Below, one piece after another: positions 22,376 to 35,000 of a stretch of DNA of 61,010 nt. The stretch comes from Nemertoderma westbladi (Eukaryota; Animalia; Xenacoelomorpha). How positions within the stretch are numbered: position 1 is the first letter of the stretch; every line of letters begins with the position of its first letter. Below the pieces are notes generated by a model that was given only the letters and a program-made list of their open reading frames with translations, searched no databases and was not told the DNA's origin. Made by a program: the position numbers and the translations under genes. Location: the NCBI GenBank assembly GCA_032718475.1, contig JAUCBJ010006562.1, forward strand, positions 1-61,010, read 5' to 3'.

Positions 22376-23758
22376 TGGCTTCTGCTCTGCTACTCCTTGC
22401 CTATTGTACTTATGAACTTTCACTTTATGTACCCCTAATTATAATATGTTTCGCCCACACTATTTAGTGCGGAATTGCGTTGGATTGAATACTACATGAA
22501 GTGGGAAGTTGGTGCATAAGGGAGAATGCTGTGATCCTATTGGTTTGGCAAAGAGGATAGATTCCGTCATCCACCGACGCTATTGGTTTAGCGTGTGAAT
22601 AACAATTTCATCACTCCCTATTGACGTCACGGCCAAATATGTGTAACTAATGGCTGATAATGCAGCTGGGCCTGTGGTTAGACTAATAATGTAGTAAAAT
22701 AGTAATCCATGAGGGGGGCCTTCCATATAGTCCATCTAAAACGTGTATGGCACATGGCATAGTATCACTAACTGATATCGTTAAATTTCTAACTGTATCT
22801 AAAAATGCTAAAAAATGTATTGTTTGTTATTCTCAAGATGTTCCTTAAATATTTATTATTAATTGTTATAAATGATATACATTCAATCGGTAGCGAACCA
22901 TCACCATGAAACCTAATATAAAATAAATGTTTGTAATAATAGGCTTTCTCAAACATCACCACTTATCAGCCTATTAAATAATTATCTGGTATTTTTATGC
23001 TGAATAATAATTGCTATAGGTATCACATACTCAAAATATATGTATCTTAGCTTAAAGTTAAGTTAATGGCAAATAATTTCCGCAAAACCCAATTGAACCA
23101 TTGGACCCGGTGTTTACTACTGTAATTTAAATTAATTTAAATTATCTTGGTAACGGCAAATGGAGCAGGTTACATTGGCGATTGGCGTATGTTTTCTAAC
23201 AAAAACAATAAACGAGACTAGATTTCGTATGCGACCAAATTGCACAGGAACCTTTTTTTAACTTGCAAACACCTTGTGCCACTATATATATATATATAAT
23301 ATCTGAATATGGTATATCTTAATATCTTAACTCTAAATTATCTCGTTAAGAATCTTGGGGGGAGGCGGGGTGATCCTGCTTGATTATTTGCCTGATAAAT
23401 TTTGGGGAATTCCACCAATGTGATGTGAATATTATACCAGGATTTCACTTTCGGTCGGAATTTGATTGAACTTTATTTTTATAATATAACCTGTACAGAT
23501 ACCAATTCGTTTATCATCAATCTATTATTTTGGTATTCTTCGCATGGTGCATGGGGCCGGCTGTGGGGGTAAACTGCAAAGTGAAATATAACAGCAGAAA
23601 GTCTGGTATACTTGACATTCACATGGGCCGAAGGCTTAACTATTTTTCCAATAAACGGCCCTCCGCCTTCTAGTCTAGGCCCTATAGCAACAATGCCCGG
23701 TCGGTACCGGTATTCCACATAATTTATCTGAGTGTGCGGCAAGGGATTGAGGCAATCT

Positions 23759-23930
23759 ATTTTTTTTTTTTCAATTCAATTCAGTTTATTTTCCAATAAT
23801 ATTTCCAATAATAACAATATACATACATACACAATGGGAATACTTAAATTGTTACAAATTGATAATTTTATTAATTTAGACGGATGGAGACAGCGTGTAG
23901 CACGGTGGTGCTAGTAATCGCTGCCACCTT
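23759..23930 (-). mobile_element. 3' UTR end of a CR1/L2-group LINE (or a derived SINE)
   Basis: The minus strand ends AATAAACTGAATTGAATTGA(A)n. A stem-loop CAGCG..TAGCAC-GGTG-GTGCTA..CGCTG (~23891-23923) resembles the one in the 12311-13225 element. Confidence 0.55.
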
Positions 23931-24437
23931 TAAGTATGGTGGTATGGCAATACAATAAGAGATAATATCCTTAAATTACAAGTATTGATCGGCAAGACAA
24001 CGAGTTCTAAGAGTAAAGCAGGGCAATATTAAGAAAAAAGTGTATATAATATATTAGCGACCAATGATATAACTATGAAAATGCAATGGGCCATGTTTAT
24101 TGGCTACCATCCTGAGCCTGACCATCATAATCAATTTTATTATTACTTCGTTAGGCTCCAGCCAGCTAGGTCAGTAGGTTGTGAAAGAGGGTCCTCCTAA
24201 ATTGAACTGTTGAACTGATAAATTATCTTGCATTCTTGAGAATGAATGATGATAATAATATTATTTCTTAATCTGATTCCTGTTCGTATCGGATTAGGAT
24301 CACTGTTGTACTGTACTTCCGTACATTACAGCATTAGTCAGTTGTGAAGTTAGTTAATAGGCCTATTGTTTACAAATAAGCTTTACGCGTAAGACCTGAA
24401 GACAGTTACTAATACTACACTACACACTAATTTCTGG

Positions 24438-26660
24438 ATGTTCCGGAATTGTATATGCCAATTAATTCGAAACCAGCATATTTCCTACATCAAAACAGAC
24501 GTTAAATTCCTACTACGTTCCCTAAGATTACTTAGCTCTGCTATCAAAATGGGAGAATTAGATACGGAGGTTTCGGGGCTGGCGGGGTTGGGTGTTGGGG
24601 ATAAACTCCACCCGGCGGCGGAGGGCGACAAAAGTTGGCCAAATTACATCCAACATCGTCTCGATCTGTGGGATAAGTGGCAAGCGGAGGCTGATGAGGA
24701 GTTAAAGTCGAAACCCAAACTACCAATAGAAATCAAACTATCAGACGGCACCGTAATAAATGGTGTCTCTTACGTCACGACGCCATTCGACGTCGCGAAG
24801 GGAATTAGCCAATCGCTGTCCGACGCCGCTGTTATCGGGCGCGTAGACGGCGTTCTGTGGGACATGGACCGCGCCCTGGAAGCGAGTTGCCGCCTCGAAC
24901 TGGTAAAGTTCGACGACCCAGAAGGGAAGGCGGTTTACTGGCACTCGTCCGCGCATCTACTAGGCGAGGCGATGGAACGTTACTACGGCGGGTGTTTGTG
25001 CTATGGGCCGCCCATCGCAGAGGGTTTCTACTACGATATGTACCTCGGAGACGGTCGTTCTGTGAGTTCTAACGATTACACCGACCTAGAGAAACTCGCT
25101 AAATCCATCGTGAAAGAGAAGCAGCCCTTTCAGCGTCTGGAAGTCTCCAAAGAGAGACTCAAAGAGATGTTCAACTATAATATATTCAAGCAGCGGATTA
25201 TCGATGAGAAAGTCGACACCCCGACTACGACTATCTACCGTTGCGGTTCGCTAATCGACTTGTGTCGCGGGCCGCACGTCCGTCACACTGGCAGGATAAA
25301 AGCGCTCGCCGTCACTAAGAACTCGTCCACCTACTGGGAAGGGAAGGCGGACGCTGAGTCGTTGCAGCGGGTCTACGGGATAAGTTTCCCGGACGCCAAA
25401 CAGCTGAAAGAGTGGCGAATCTTCCAGGAAGAGGCGGCGAAACGGGACCACAGAAAGATCGGTCGCGATCAGGAGTTGTTCTTCTTCCACGAGTTGAGTC
25501 CTGGCTCGTGTTTCTTCCTCCCTAGAGGCGCGTACATCTACAACACCTTGAGCGAATTTATACGTGGCGAGTATCGCAAGCGCGGATTCAGCGAAGTTGT
25601 AACGCCCAACGTGTATAATAGCAAACTATGGAAGCAATCCGGCCATTGGGACCACTACAAGGACAATATGTTCCAATTCGATGTGGAACGCGAGCAGTTC
25701 GGAATGAAGCCGATGAACTGCCCGGGACATTGTCTGATGTTCGATTGTCGGAACCGGTCGTGGCGGGAGCTCCCGTTGCGTCTCGCCGACTTCGGCGTGT
25801 TGCATCGCAACGAGTTGAGCGGCGCTCTCAGCGGCCTCATCCGGGTCCGTCGCTTCCAGCAGGACGACGCGCACATCTTCTGCGCCGAGACCGACGTGGC
25901 TTCCGAGATCACCGGCTGTCTGGACTTCCTGGCCACGGTCTACGGGACGTTCGGATTCGACTTCCAGCTGCGTCTAGCAACGCGTCCGGAGCAGTTCATG
26001 GGCGAGGCCTCGAAGTGGGAGGCCGCGGAAGCGATGCTCAAGGAATCCCTGAACGCGTTCGACCGCCCCTGGGAGCTCAACGAAGGGGACGGCGCATTCT
26101 ACGGCCCCAAGATCGACATCACCATCCTCGACGCGTTGAAACGGCCCCATCAGTGCGCCACTATCCAGCTCGACTTCCAGCTGCCTATCCGTTTCAATCT
26201 AACCTTCACGGATCGGAATCAGGAAGAGGTTCGTCCAGTTATCATCCACAGGGCGGTCCTTGGATCGTTTGAGCGGATGATCGCGATTCTTACGGAGAAC
26301 TACGCGGGGAAGTGGCCGCTCTGGTTGAGCCCGAGGCAAGCGGTAGTAATCCCGGTGGATCCGAAGTTTAACGAGTACGCCACCGGTGTGGCCCGTCGAC
26401 TGGAATCGGAGGGGTTCGATTGGATCGAACTCGACACTGAGTCGGGGAACACTCTCAATAAGAAGATTAGGAACGCTCAGCTCGCTCAGTATAACTTTAT
26501 CTTGGTTGTTGGGGAGAAGGAAATGGCGGCGGGGTCAGTGAATGTTCGCACCAGAGACAATGTGGTTCATGGAGAGAAACTATTGGATTCTCTAGTAGAA
26601 AGGTTTAAATACTTGAAGAACAATAAATCCCCTGTAGATGAGTGTGAGAAAAACTTTTAA
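24438..26660 (+). CDS. TARS1: Threonyl-tRNA synthetase (eukaryotic cytosolic type), single exon, 740 aa from ATG1 or 703 aa from ATG2 at 24549
   Basis: TGS domain, editing domain ([16 protein letters not shown]), class II core ([58 protein letters not shown]) and anticodon-binding domain ([21 protein letters not shown]). Confidence 0.97.
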   Translation: MFRNCICQLIRNQHISYIKTDVKFLLRSLRLLSSAIKMGELDTEVSGLAGLGVGDKLHPAAEGDKSWPNYIQHRLDLWDKWQAEADEELKSKPKLPIEIKLSDGTVINGVSYVTTPFDVAKGISQSLSDAAVIGRVDGVLWDMDRALEASCRLELVKFDDPEGKAVYWHSSAHLLGEAMERYYGGCLCYGPPIAEGFYYDMYLGDGRSVSSNDYTDLEKLAKSIVKEKQPFQRLEVSKERLKEMFNYNIFKQRIIDEKVDTPTTTIYRCGSLIDLCRGPHVRHTGRIKALAVTKNSSTYWEGKADAESLQRVYGISFPDAKQLKEWRIFQEEAAKRDHRKIGRDQELFFFHELSPGSCFFLPRGAYIYNTLSEFIRGEYRKRGFSEVVTPNVYNSKLWKQSGHWDHYKDNMFQFDVEREQFGMKPMNCPGHCLMFDCRNRSWRELPLRLADFGVLHRNELSGALSGLIRVRRFQQDDAHIFCAETDVASEITGCLDFLATVYGTFGFDFQLRLATRPEQFMGEASKWEAAEAMLKESLNAFDRPWELNEGDGAFYGPKIDITILDALKRPHQCATIQLDFQLPIRFNLTFTDRNQEEVRPVIIHRAVLGSFERMIAILTENYAGKWPLWLSPRQAVVIPVDPKFNEYATGVARRLESEGFDWIELDTESGNTLNKKIRNAQLAQYNFILVVGEKEMAAGSVNVRTRDNVVHGEKLLDSLVERFKYLKNNKSPVDECEKNF

Positions 26661-26941
26661 TTATTTATTTACAGTTTCCGAGTTTGTTAGTAGGATCAAT
26701 ATTTAATTAACATTGGTTGGTTATTTGTAATTTTGGGTGTTTTTGATTTTTCCCCTGTATTGACTATTTTTGTCTGTTTATGTGCTTCTATTGAACGACA
26801 TTTCAACTGTCCTACTTACATATTTTCACAGTGCTAATCTGCTAAAGCAATATTTTATTTTGAGCTTAACAATGGAGTGAATGAATATTTAATATAATGT
26901 TAGATGATCTTTTTCTGTTGTACGGTGTATTTTTTCATCAG

Positions 26942-27531
26942 AAAACCACATCTTGTGGGGTGCACCATGTCATGTACGGAAGATAAAATAACACCTCGTC
27001 GGGGTGCATCATGAACGGAAGGGAAAACAACACCTTGTGGGGGTGCATCATGAACGGAAGGGAAAACAACACCTTGTGGGGGTGCATCATGAACGGAAGG
27101 GAAAACAACACCTTGGGGGGGGGGGTGCATCATGAACGGAAGGGAAAACAACACCTCGTCGGGGTGCATCATGAACGGAAGGGAAAACAACACCTTGTGG
27201 GGGTGCATCATGAACGGAAGGGAAAACAACACCTTGTGGGGGTGCATCATGAACGGAAGGGAAAACAACACCTTGGGGGGGTGCATCATGAACGGAAGGG
27301 AAAACAACACCTTGGGGGGGGGTGCATCATGAACGGAAGGGAAAACAACACCTCGTCGGGGTGCATCATGAACGGAAGGGAAAACAACACCTTGTGGGGG
27401 TGCATCATGTACGGAAGGGAAAACAATACCTCGTGGGGTGCGCCATGTACGGAAGGGAAAACAACACCTCGTGGGGTGCGCCATGTACGGAAGGGAAAAC
27501 AACACCTCGTGGGGTGCATCATGTGCGGAAA
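26942..27531. repeat. 39-bp minisatellite (GGGTGCATCATGAACGGAAGGGAAAACAACACCTTGTGG)n, about 15 copies
   Basis: Tandem units with variable G-run length and diverged edges. Confidence 0.95.
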
Positions 27532-28706
27532 ACTTAAAAAGTAGCCTATTTATGAGACCAGTTGCTTATTCGCAGCTATCACTTGGTTCTATAATAATCC
27601 CCTACAAGTATTCCAATCCAAACCTGTGATAAATTTCGTTGATAAATAACTGTTATAGCGGCGTTCGAAATTGCATATCTAAATAAATATTCCGCCAACT
27701 AAAACATTTTAAAACTAACAACTTAAAAGATGACAGTTTTCCGTAAATTTCCGTAAAAGTAATTCTAAATATATTTTACCATAACTTAACACTGTGTACA
27801 AGTTGGGAATAGTAACCCCAATTGTCTCACACTTTCTCAAGTCACTGGCACTGTCTCCTCGACAGTTACTAGTATTTAACTGGTTCTGTAGTTAGTAACA
27901 TGAAAAAACGCCGCTTATAGATGTATCAACCACCCACGACGAATCGCTTCTTTATAGATCACCAGTACTTGTGTTTTCAGAAATCAAATAAGCTGGGAAA
28001 ATAAAATTATATTACGGGTGTTTTTACCGAGTTTAATTTTCGATACGTCAAAGCCAAAATATATAAGAAATGAATTTGCAATTTAAGAAACCATCAACAA
28101 CAAATGTTAATAAAGATATGTTGCGACACACGGACGCCTCTCTCTCGAGAGAGAGTATAAATAATATTACGTAAAATACTGTATTTAACAAATACAAAAA
28201 AATAATAAATGAGTGTCAAGAACACAGTTTAAAGTTGTTAAATTATAAATTTAGCCCGTGATATTTGTATGTAGGCCTATGAATAATAATATAAATAAAA
28301 TAATGCTCACAAATTAAGATTAACGGTAAAATTCACTGAATCTAGAGCCGCTTCTAATAGTTTAGTGAATTACTCCACTAATTGTGTTTCATCCCTAGCA
28401 GACTAGACTGAATACTTTTCAGCTTTTTTTCTTTGAAAATTGCAGCCATAAACGAAAAATTAAAGGAAATTTTCGAATGTTTCCGGGCAACCAATTCTAA
28501 CTACAACTCAAGCAAACCGCATCAGTAAAGGATTTAGTAATTAGCATCAACATTAATTACTTAATAATATTACACTGTTTTAATCAGAACAAGCTGCCCT
28601 TTGCCAATTAATAACAATTACAATGAAACACCCATTCGTAACTGTGAAGGTGCACTTAGTTAATTGTTTAGCTTAATTAAATGAAATTGAGCTTTAACTG
28701 TGAGCT

Positions 28707-28877
28707 AAGTAAAGTAAAGTAAATCTTCTTCGGCCGCTAGGCCAGGGATTACGCACAAAGTCTGACGACTTATTTCCAGTGCGGTCCCCCCAGAACTTTA
28801 CTCCCCAGAGGAAACTGCAGTACTCATTTAGCTACCACTTAAGGATGCAAGGCAGAGATGCGCCCTGGTTGGGTACC
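28707..28877 (-). mobile_element. SINE-like element, copy 2 (5'-truncated)
   Basis: Aligns with 18731-18895; (AAAGT)n on the + strand is a (TTTAC)n 3' tail. Confidence 0.7.
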
Positions 28878-29059
28878 GTGGTACTGATATAGGCCTACAC
28901 ACATCTGTTTCAGTATAAACTAGCTCCGAACTAGCACCTAGGTGTAACACTGGTTCAGACAGTGCTAAATTCGATACTAAACTGTATAATTTAGTACCGG
29001 TTCTATCTTATCGATTGCGTCATGAATACCGTATTTCCCTAGCCCGGTGATAAAATTGT

Positions 29060-32000
29060 GAACGTAGTAGTACCGACCTAGTGTCAGGGCCGTAGCCAGG
29101 GGGGAGAACGTAGTAGTACCGAGCTAGTGTCAGGGCCGTAGCCAGGGGGGAGAACGTAGTAGTACCGAGCTAGTGTCAGGGCCGTAGCCAGGGGGGAGAA
29201 CGTAGTAGTACCGACCTAGTGTCAGGGCCGTAGCCAGGGGGGAGAACGTAGTAGTACCGAGCTAGTGTCAGGGCCGTAGAGTAGTACCGAGCTAGTGTCA
29301 GGGCCGTAGCCAGGGGGGGGAACGTAGTAGTACCGAGCTAGTGTCAGGGTCGTAGAGTAGTACCGAGCTAGTGTCAGGGCCGTAGCCAGGGGGGATTCGT
29401 TGTAGTACCGAGCTAGTGTCAGGGCGGCCGTAGCCAGGGGGGATTCGTTGTAGTACCGAGCTAGTGTCAGGCCCGTAGCCAGGGGGGAGAACGTAGTAGT
29501 ACCGAGCTAGTGTCCGGCCCGTAGCCAGGGGGGAGAACGTAGTAGTACCGAGCTAGTGTCAGGGCCGTAGCCAGGGGGGAGAACGTAGTAGTACCGAGCT
29601 AGTGTCAGGGTCGTAGAGTAGTACCGAGCTAGTGTCAGGGCCGTAGAGTAGTACCGAGCTAGTGTCAGGGTCGTAGAGTAGTACCGAGCTAGTGTCAGGG
29701 CCGTAGAGTAGTACCGAGCTAGTGTCAGGGCCGCAGCCAGGGGGGAGAACGTAGTAGTACCGAGCTAGTGTCAGGGTCGTAGAGTAGTACCGAGCTAGTG
29801 TCAGGGTCGTAGAGTAGTACCGAGCTAGTGTCAGGGCCGTAGAGTAGTACCGAGCTAGTGTCAGGGCCGCAGCCAGGGGGGAGAACGTAGTAGTACCGAG
29901 CTAGTGTCAGGCCCGTAGCCAGGGGGGAGAACGTAGTAGTACCGAGCTAGTGTCAGGGCCGTATCCAGGGGGGAGAACGTAGTAGTACCGAGCTAGTGTC
30001 AGGGCCGTAGCCAGGGGGGAGAACGTAGTAGTACCGAGCTAGTGTCAGGCCCGTAGCCAGGGGGAGAACGTAGCAGTACCGAGCTAGTGTCAGGGCCGTA
30101 GCCAGGGGGGAGAACGTAGTAGTACCGAGCTAGTGTCAGGGCCGTAGCCAGGGGGGAGAACGTAGTAGTACCGAGCTAGTGTCAGGGACGTAGCCAGGGG
30201 GGAGAACGTAGTAGTACCGAGCTAGTGTCAGGCCCGTAGCCAGGGGGGAGAACGTAGTAGTACCGAGCTAGTGTCAGGGCCGTAGCCAGGGGGGAGAACG
30301 TAGTAGTACCGAGCTAGTGTCAGGGTCGTAGAGTAGTACCGAGCTAGTGTCAGGGCCGTAGAGTAGTACCGAGCTAGTGTCAGGGTCGTAGAGTAGTACC
30401 GAGCTAGTGTCAGGGCCGTAGAGTAGTACCGAGCTAGTGTCAGGGCCGCAGCCAGGGGGGAGAACGTAGTAGTACCGAGCTAGTGTCAGGGTCGTAGAGT
30501 AGTACCGAGCTAGTGTCAGGGTCGTAGAGTAGTACCGAGCTAGTGTCAGGGCCGTAGAGTAGTACCGAGCTAGTGTCAGGGCCGCAGCCAGGGGGGAGAA
30601 CGTAGTAGTACCGAGCTAGTGTCAGGCCCGTAGCCAGGGGGGAGAACGTAGTAGTACCGAGCTAGTGTCAGGGCCGTATCCAGGGGGGAGAACGTAGTAG
30701 TACCGAGCTAGTGTCAGGGCCGTAGCCAGGGGGGAGAACGTAGTAGTACCGAGCTAGTGTCAGGGCCGTTGCCAGGGGGAGAACGTAGCAGTACCGAGCT
30801 AGTGTCAGGGCCGTAGCCAGGGGGGAGAACGTAGTAGTACCGAGCTAGTGTCAGGGCCGTAGCCAGGGGGGAGAACGTAGTAGTACCGAGCTAGTGTCAG
30901 GGACGTAGCCAGGGGGGAGAACGTAGTAGTACCGAGCTAGTGTCAGGGCCGTAGCAAGGGGGGATTCGTTGTAGTACCGAGCTAGTGTCAGGGCCGTAGC
31001 CAGGGGGGAGAACGTAGTAGTACCGAGCTAGTGTCAGGGCCGTAGCCAGGGGGGATTCGTAGTGGTACCGAGCTAGTGTCAGGGCCGTAACCAGGGGGGA
31101 TTCGTTGTAGTACCGAGCTAGTGTCAGGGCCGTAGCCAGGGGGGAGAACGTAGTAGTACCGAGCTAGTGTCAGGGCCGTAGCCAGGGGGGAGAACGTAGT
31201 AGTACCGAGCTAGTGTCAGGGTCGTAGAGTAGTACCGAGCTAGTGTCAGGGCCGTAGCCAGGGGGGATTCGTAGTGGTACCGAGCTAGTGTCAGGGCCGT
31301 AGCCAGGGGGGATTCGTAGTAGTACCGAGCTAGTGTCAGGGCCGTAGCCAGGTGGAATTCGTTGTTTACCGAGCTAGTGTCAGGGCCGTAGCCAGGGGGG
31401 ATTCGTAGTAGTACCGAGCTAGTGTCAGGGCCGTAGCCAGGGGGGATTCGTTGTAGTACCGAGCTAGTGTCAGGGCCGTAGCCAGGTGGAATTCGTTGTT
31501 TACCGAGCTAGTGTCAGGGCCGTAGCCAGGGGGGAGAACGTAGTAGTACCGAGCTAGTGTCAGGGCCGTAGCCAGGGGGGAGAACGTAGTAGTACCGAGT
31601 TAGTGTCAGGGCCGTAGCCAGGGGGGATTCGTTGTAGTACCGAGCTAGTGTCAGGGCCGTAGCCAGGGGGGATTCGTTGTAGTACCGAGCTAGTGTCAGG
31701 GCCGTAGCCAGGGGGGAGAACGTAGTAGTACCGAGCTAGTGTCAGGGCCGTAGCCAGGGGGGAGAACGTAGTAGTACCGACCTAGTGTCAGGGCCGTAGC
31801 CAGGGGGGAGAACGTAGTAGTACCGAGCTAGTGTCAGGGCCGTAGAGTAGTACCGAGCTAGTGTCAGGGCCGTAGCCAGGGGGGGGAACGTAGTAGTACC
31901 GAGCTAGTGTCAGGGTCGTAGAGTAGTACCGAGCTAGTGTCAGGGCCGTAGCCAGGGGGGATTCGTTGTAGTACCGAGCTAGTGTCAGGGCGGCCGTAGC

Positions 32001-35000
32001 CAGGGGGGATTCGTTGTAGTACCGAGCTAGTGTCAGGCCCGTAGCCAGGGGGGAGAACGTAGTAGTACCGAGCTAGTGTCAGGCCCGTAGCCAGGGGGGA
32101 GAACGTAGTAGTACCGAGCTAGTGTCAGGGCCGTAGCCAGGGGGGAGAACGTAGTAGTACCGAGCTAGTGTCAGGGTCGTAGAGTAGTACCGAGCTAGTG
32201 TCAGGGCCGTAGAGTAGTACCGAGCTAGTGTCAGGGTCGTAGAGTAGTACCGAGCTAGTGTCAGGGCCGTAGAGTAGTACCGAGCTAGTGTCAGGGCCGC
32301 AGCCAGGGGGGAGAACGTAGTAGTACCGAGCTAGTGTCAGGGTCGTAGAGTAGTACCGAGCTAGTGTCAGGGTCGTAGAGTAGTACCGAGCTAGTGTCAG
32401 GGCCGTAGAGTAGTACCGAGCTAGTGTCAGGGCCGCAGCCAGGGGGGAGAACGTAGTAGTACCGAGCTAGTGTCAGGCCCGTAGCCAGGGGGGAGAACGT
32501 AGTAGTACCGAGCTAGTGTCAGGGCCGTATCCAGGGGGGAGAACGTAGTAGTACCGAGCTAGTGTCAGGGCCGTAGCCAGGGGGGAGAACGTAGTAGTAC
32601 CGAGCTAGTGTCAGGGCCGTTGCCAGGGGGAGAACGTAGCAGTACCGAGCTAGTGTCAGGGCCGTAGCCAGGGGGGAGAACGTAGTAGTACCGAGCTAGT
32701 GTCAGGGCCGTAGCCAGGGGGGATTCGTAGTGGTACCGAGCTAGTGTCAGGGCCGTAGCCAGGGGGGATTCGTAGTAGTACCGAGCTAGTGTCAGGGCCG
32801 TAGCCAGGTGGAATTCGTTGTTTACCGAGCTAGTGTCAGGGCCGTAGCCAGGGGGGATTCGTAGTAGTACCGAGCTAGTGTCAGGGCCGTAGCCAGGGGG
32901 GATTCGTTGTAGTACCGAGCTAGTGTCAGGGCCGTAGCCAGGTGGAATTCGTTGTTTACCGAGCTAGTGTCAGGGCCGTAGCCAGGGGGGAGAACGTAGT
33001 AGTACCGAGCTAGTGTCAGGGCCGTAGCCAGGGGGGAGAACGTAGTAGTACCGAGTTAGTGTCAGGGCCGTAGCCAGGGGGGATTCGTTGTAGTACCGAG
33101 CTAGTGTCAGGGCCGTAGCCAGGGGGGATTCGTTGTAGTACCGAGCTAGTGTCAGGGCCGTAGCCAGGGGGGAGAACGTAGTAGTACCGAGCTAGTGTCA
33201 GGGCCGTAGCCAGGGGGGATTCGTTGTAGTACCGAGCTAGTGTCAGGGCCGTAGCCAGGGGGGAGAACGTAGTAGTACCGAGCTAGTGTCAGGGCCGTAG
33301 CCAGGGGGGAGAACGTAGTAGTACCGAGCTAGTGTCAGGGCCGTAGCCAGGGGGGAGAACGTAGTAGTACCGAGCTAGTGTCAGGGCCGTAGCCAGGGGG
33401 GATTCGTTGTAGTACCGAGCTAGTGTCAGGGCCGAAGCCAGGGGGGATTTGTTGTAGTACCGAGCTAGTGTCAGGGCCGTAGCCAGGGGGGATTCGTTGT
33501 AGTACCGAGCTAGTGTCAGGGCCGTAGCCAGGGGGGATTCGTTGTAGTACCGAGCTAGTGTCAGGGCCGTAGCCAGGGGGGATTCGTTGTAGTACCGAGC
33601 TAGTGTCAGGGCCGTAGCCAGGGGGGATTCGTTGTAGTACCGAGCTAGTGTCAGGGCGGCCGTAGCCAGGGGGGATTCGTTGTAGTACCGAGCTAGTGTC
33701 AGGCCCGTAGCCAGGGGGGAGAACGTAGTAGTACCGAGCTAGTGTCAGGCCCGTAGCCAGGGGGGAGAACGTAGTAGTACCGAGCTAGTGTCAGGGCCGT
33801 AGCCAGGGGGGAGAACGTAGTAGTACCGAGCTAGTGTCAGGGTCGTAGAGTAGTACCGAGCTAGTGTCAGGGCCGTAGAGTAGTACCGAGCTAGTGTCAG
33901 GGTCGTAGAGTAGTACCGAGCTAGTGTCAGGGCCGTAGAGTAGTACCGAGCTAGTGTCAGGGCCGCAGCCAGGGGGGAAAACGTAGTAGTACCGAGCTAG
34001 TGTCAGGGTCGTAGAGTAGTACCGAGCTAGTGTCAGGGTCGTAGAGTAGTACCGAGCTAGTGTCAGGGCCGTAGAGTAGTACCGAGCTAGTGTCAGGGCC
34101 GCAGCCAAGGGGGAGAATGTAGTAGTACCGAGCTAGTGTCAGGGTCGTAGAGTAGTACCGAGCTAGTGTCAGGGTCGTAGAGTAGTACCGAGCTAGTGTC
34201 AGGGCCGTAGAGTAGTACCGAGCTAGTGTCCGGGCCGCAGCCAGGGGGGAGAACATAGTAGTACCGAGCTAGTGTCAGGCCCGTAGCCAGGGGGGAGAAC
34301 GTAGTAGTACCGAGCTAGTGTCAGGGCCGTAGCCAGGGGGGAGAACGTAGTAGTACCGAGCTAGTGTCAGGGCCGTAGCCAGGGGGGAGAACGTAGTAGT
34401 ACCGAGCTAGTGTCAGGGCCGTTGCCAGGGGGAGAACGTAGTAGTACCGAGCTAGTGTCAGGGCCGTAGCCAGGGGGAAGAACGTAGTAGTACCGAGCTA
34501 GTGTCAGGGCCGTAGCCAGGGGGGAGAACGTAGTAGTACCGAGCTAGTGTCAGGGACGTAGCCAGGGGGGAGAACGTAGTAGTACCGAGCTAGTGTCAGG
34601 GCCGTAGCAAGGGGGGATTCGTTGTAGTACCGAGCTAGTGTCAGGGCCGTAGCCAGGGGGGAGAACGTAGTAGTACCGAGCTAGTGTCAGGGCCGTAGCC
34701 AGGGGGGATTCGTAGTGGTACCGAGCTAGTGTCAGGGCCGTAACCAGGGGGGATTCGTTGTAGTACCGAGCTAGTGTCAGGGCCGTAGCCAGGGGGGAGA
34801 ACGTAGTAGTACCGAGCTAGTGTCAGTGTCGTAGAGTAGTACCGAGCTAGTGTCAGGGCCGTAGCCAGGGGGGATTCGTAGTGGTACCGAGCTAGTGTCA
34901 GGGCCGTAGCCAGGGGGGATTCGTAGTAGTACCGAGCTAGTGTCAGGGCCGTAGCCAGGTGGAATTCGTTGTTTACCGAGCTAGTGTCAGGGCCGTAGCC

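Noticed and set aside
22127-23914. Short ORFs and CCAAT/TGACGTCA motifs upstream of TARS1
   Set aside because: The ORFs are unrecognisable; the motifs lie ~1.8 kb from the start and could be chance or transposon-derived.
24244-24279. C/D box snoRNA (ATGATGA...CTGA with a short stem)
   Set aside because: Only ~36 nt, too short, with an AT-only interior.
24544-26272. Alternative-frame and antisense ORFs over TARS1 (similar ones overlap INTS14, GOSR1 and the RT)
   Set aside because: Shadow ORFs expected in GC-rich coding DNA; no recognisable motifs.
26900-27629. ORFs in the 39-bp repeat
   Set aside because: Repeat-derived on both strands and broken by G-run indels.
33791-34256. ORFs inside satellite A
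   Set aside because: Chance stop-free frames created by rare monomer variants.
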